DNA of 63,002 nucleotides, counting the filler, from Reclinomonas americana ATCC 50394 (lineage: Eukaryota), in assembly GCA_048213135.1 (NCBI GenBank). It is 4 parts of 3 records of this genome, joined end to end, with 100 filler letters (N's around TTAATTAATTAA, not from the genome) between each part and the next. Parts side by side here need not be neighbours in the genome. Positions count along the whole stretch, not along the records: positions 59,764 to 63,002 come from PS015059.1; 3 more parts are not named here. One strand, given 5' to 3'. A program made the position numbers and the translations under genes. The notes under the pieces are model-generated. The model made no database searches. It was not told where the DNA came from and saw only the letters and a list, made by a program, of their open reading frames with translations. This document shows positions 59,764 through 63,002 of this stretch, piece after piece (within the stretch, counting starts at the first letter, position 1; the number at the start of each line of letters is the position of its first letter).

Positions 59764-60184
59764 CTGTGACAGCCACTGACCGGTGGCCACACAATGAGAA
59801 AACAAGAGGACTGAGGGTTGAAAGACGACATTGACCACAGACACAATGTTGTCGTCGTTATGTACAGTGATGGCGGTGGAGGGGAAGAACGTGCAAGACA
59901 TGCTGGTTGTGTGAAAGCAAGGCCAGTGTCAGCAGTTACTGCGTGTGGTGTTGATACTTTGCATTCAATTATTATGCAGTCGTGCTGCAGTCCATATTCG
60001 CCAAACAGTGTCGCTGCCGTCGCAGTTCCTTGTGTAGGCCCAACTGTAGACCAAATCACACTCACTCATTATCACACACACCACAACGAGGGCGCAGCCA
60101 CGCCCCACAAGCGCACTTTTCTCTCACTCTATCCACGCCTGCTCACTCACTCTTTCACCAGCGTGCGTGAGTGTGCCAGCAAAC

Positions 60185-60542
60185 ATGGCCACGTCGCCCG
60201 TCGACTCGGGCCTCACGCGCGCCCTCATCCGCCACCACGCCGCCGCCGCCGCCGCCGCCATGCACGCCTCCGCCTCCGCCGCTTCCCCGGGCGACACTCC
60301 ACCGCTCTCCGCGCGTCGTGAGTCATCCATTAGTCGCGCGGCATCGTCGGCGACGATTGCACAGGCGCCGCGCTTTTTGCATCAGCGAGGCTCCGTGTCG
60401 GCCGGTTCATTCGGTGCGTTGCAGCAGCAGTTGCAGCAGCAACAGCAACAGCAGCAGCAACAGTCGACATCGACCGGGGTGGGTGGTGGGTCGGGGGCGG
60501 CGGCGGCGCCTCCGGTGCCTGTGCGATTGTTTCCGGCGATTG
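60185..60542 (+). CDS. First exon of an unidentified protein (A/Q/S/G low-complexity N-terminus)
   Basis: MATSPVDSGLTRALIRHHAAAA...QQQQ...PVRLFPAI followed by a G|GTGAGT donor. No further exon recognised. Confidence 0.55.
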
Positions 60543-60709
60543 GTGAGTGGAGGAGAGAGGAGAAGGGGAGAAGGGGGGAGGGGGAGGGGGTAAGGGAGGG
60601 GGAGAGAGGACAAGGGAGGGAGGGAGGGAGAGGGAGAGAAGCAAGCACAATGATGCATTTCAGTCACATTGCTTTTCGGTGCAGTTGCTGCAGCATGTAG
60701 GTGGAAGTG

Positions 60710-61200
60710 TGCTTGCACATTGGTTGGTCTGTGTTCTGGCAGCTTGCCTTCAAGTGAGCGAGAGAGAGAAGAGGGAGCGAGAAGCAAGAGAAGGTGCATT
60801 TTTCTGCGCTCTTCGTTGCTTGTGTGCAAATCAGCCAGGACACGTTGGGATCGTGGGTGCACATTGGTTGGTTCGTGTTCTGGCAGCTTGCCTTCAAGTG
60901 TGTGAGAGAGAGAGGGGGGGAGGGGGAGAAGGGAGCGAGAAGCAAGAGCAAAGACGCGTATTTCTGCGCTCTTCGTTGCTTGTGTGTGAATCTGCCGAGG
61001 CATAGAGAGCGTGGGTGCACTTTGGTTGGTTCGTGCTTTGATTGGTTGTCTTCAAGTGAGCGGAAAGTGAGAGAGAAAGCACTTAAATGCGTTGTCGACG
61101 GACTTTCGGCACCATTTTGCAAGCTGCACTTGCGAATGCTTGGAGAGAAACGAGTGCTTTGGTTGGTCTGTGTTCTGGCAGCTTGCCTTCAAGTGAGCGA
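60710..61200. repeat. ~150-bp imperfect tandem repeat (3-4 copies), probably intronic
   Basis: Recurring ttggttggt..gtgttctggcagcttgccttcaagtg. Confidence 0.8.
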
Positions 61201-61207
61201 GCGAGCG

Positions 61208-61264
<57 letters not shown>

Positions 61265-62699
61265 AGGAGAGAGAGAGGAAGGAGGAGAGGGAGAGAGAAG
61301 AGAGAGACAAGAGACTAAATATGACATTATTCTGCNNNNNNNNNNNNNNNNNNNNTGTTTCAACCACGCCACCAACGTACGATCGCGACACCACCACTGT
61401 TTGCTTCACGGATCCGGACCCGGCTTTGCTTTGTTTGCCTGGCTTATGGCCTTTTCCCGAATTCGATGTGCCGTGTACGATCGCAGAAAACGCTATGCGT
61501 CTATGCAAGTGCGTCAAATCCACTGTTCTTCAACCACGCGTATGCGATGCGCAGTTCTCGACTTGTTCGGAGCTCCGAGAGCGAACACACACATATAAGG
61601 AACCTGCTGCGGCCTCAAGATTGGTGTCTGTGTTGATGTTTTGGATACGGTTGAACTTGGTCATCAAGACAGCTGTTGCTTGTTTGCCGGTGAATGAATT
61701 GTTGCAATCCAAGTTTTCAGTTTTTGGCGTTTCCGTAAGGGAGACCGCACTTCTCGCCAGTTCTCGCCAATGTCAGCATAGCAAACGTAGAGCAGTGTGC
61801 CTGTCACTCCTCTGTTTGGACTCCGGGCACCGCGGCTGAGACACTCACACACCAGACAATTTTTGCGGTATTTGTATGTTCGAACTCGATCGCTGTTTGG
61901 AGCTGCGGGCTGTTGTCAAAAGGAGCACAGTAGTATAGGCCTTTCCGCCCCGAATGCACCCAGTGCCTTTGAATCATGTGTATCCGCAAACTGCAAAAGC
62001 AAAAGAAATTCAACCGTTTCCTGAAAAATACGAGTCCAGTTCGGACGCTGCGGGTGGGCATTGGTGCACAATGAGCTAAGAGAGTTGCAGCCGAGCTTGA
62101 ATTGCTACGTACAGGCTTGCACAGCGTCGAGAGGCAACGAAAGTGCGAAAATTTAACGGTTTGTTTTTCGACGTTTTGTGCGAGAAAATACGACTAACGA
62201 ATTGTTGTTTGTCCCTTGTGTGAGAGAGAAGGAAGGGCGAGGGAAGAGGAGAAGGGAGAGAAAAAGAGTATTGCTGCTGCACAACAGCAAACTAGAGAAA
62301 AAGACAAGAGAAAAAACAATAGAGAATCATGATACGTTCACTGGTGCTCCTCGCACTCGTCGTGTGCGTGTCAGCAATCACAGTCAGTGCTCAGGTTCAG
62401 TCTCCTGTTGCCTCACTCTCTTATGTGCGTCTCTTGCTCACTCTTTTTGTGCGACGATTGCTCACGCAGTTGGACTGGATCTCACCAAACGATGTTGCGT
62501 GCCTTTGACTCTCACCACGCGCACATTCACTCACACGCTGTGCCACGAGACAGCTCGTTCACTCACGGGCGCACTGCACTTGCACATGATTGCATGATCC
62601 TCACTCACTCATGGAGACAACTCCCACTCAGTCACACGCTCACTCCGCGCACTTGCACTCACAGCACTCATTGCACACAGCACTCACTGCACTCTCACT

Positions 62700-63002
<303 letters not shown>

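Overview
Intron-rich, GC-rich eukaryotic (protist-like) DNA from a draft assembly. It has many N gaps, three artificial 100-bp TTAATTAATTAA spacers (so about four joined scaffolds) and TACG-cycle/homopolymer errors typical of 454 pyrosequencing. All gene models were spliced by hand. Genes found: a 5-cassette ankyrin + coiled-coil + Pelle/IRAK/RLK-type kinase (DFG replaced by NFG) and its tandem paralogue; an R2R3-type Myb; a family of secreted proteins built from Asp-box (BNR) beta-propellers, EGF stalks and Cys-knot modules; a claudin/PMP22-like tetraspan; SmE; an RNI-type LRR protein; an NHL-repeat protein; and an Erf4/CHIC-coiled-coil-RING fusion. There is also an internally deleted Helitron-like element. 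The most striking signal is a distinct class of 5' splice site, GTTGCGT. It lacks the usual +5 G, is never preceded by G, and is used by 17 of my roughly 80 modelled introns across 9 genes, including SmE. Also notable are two immune-like variable-repeat systems: phase-compatible ankyrin cassettes on a pseudokinase, and propeller blades that vary mainly at two loops.
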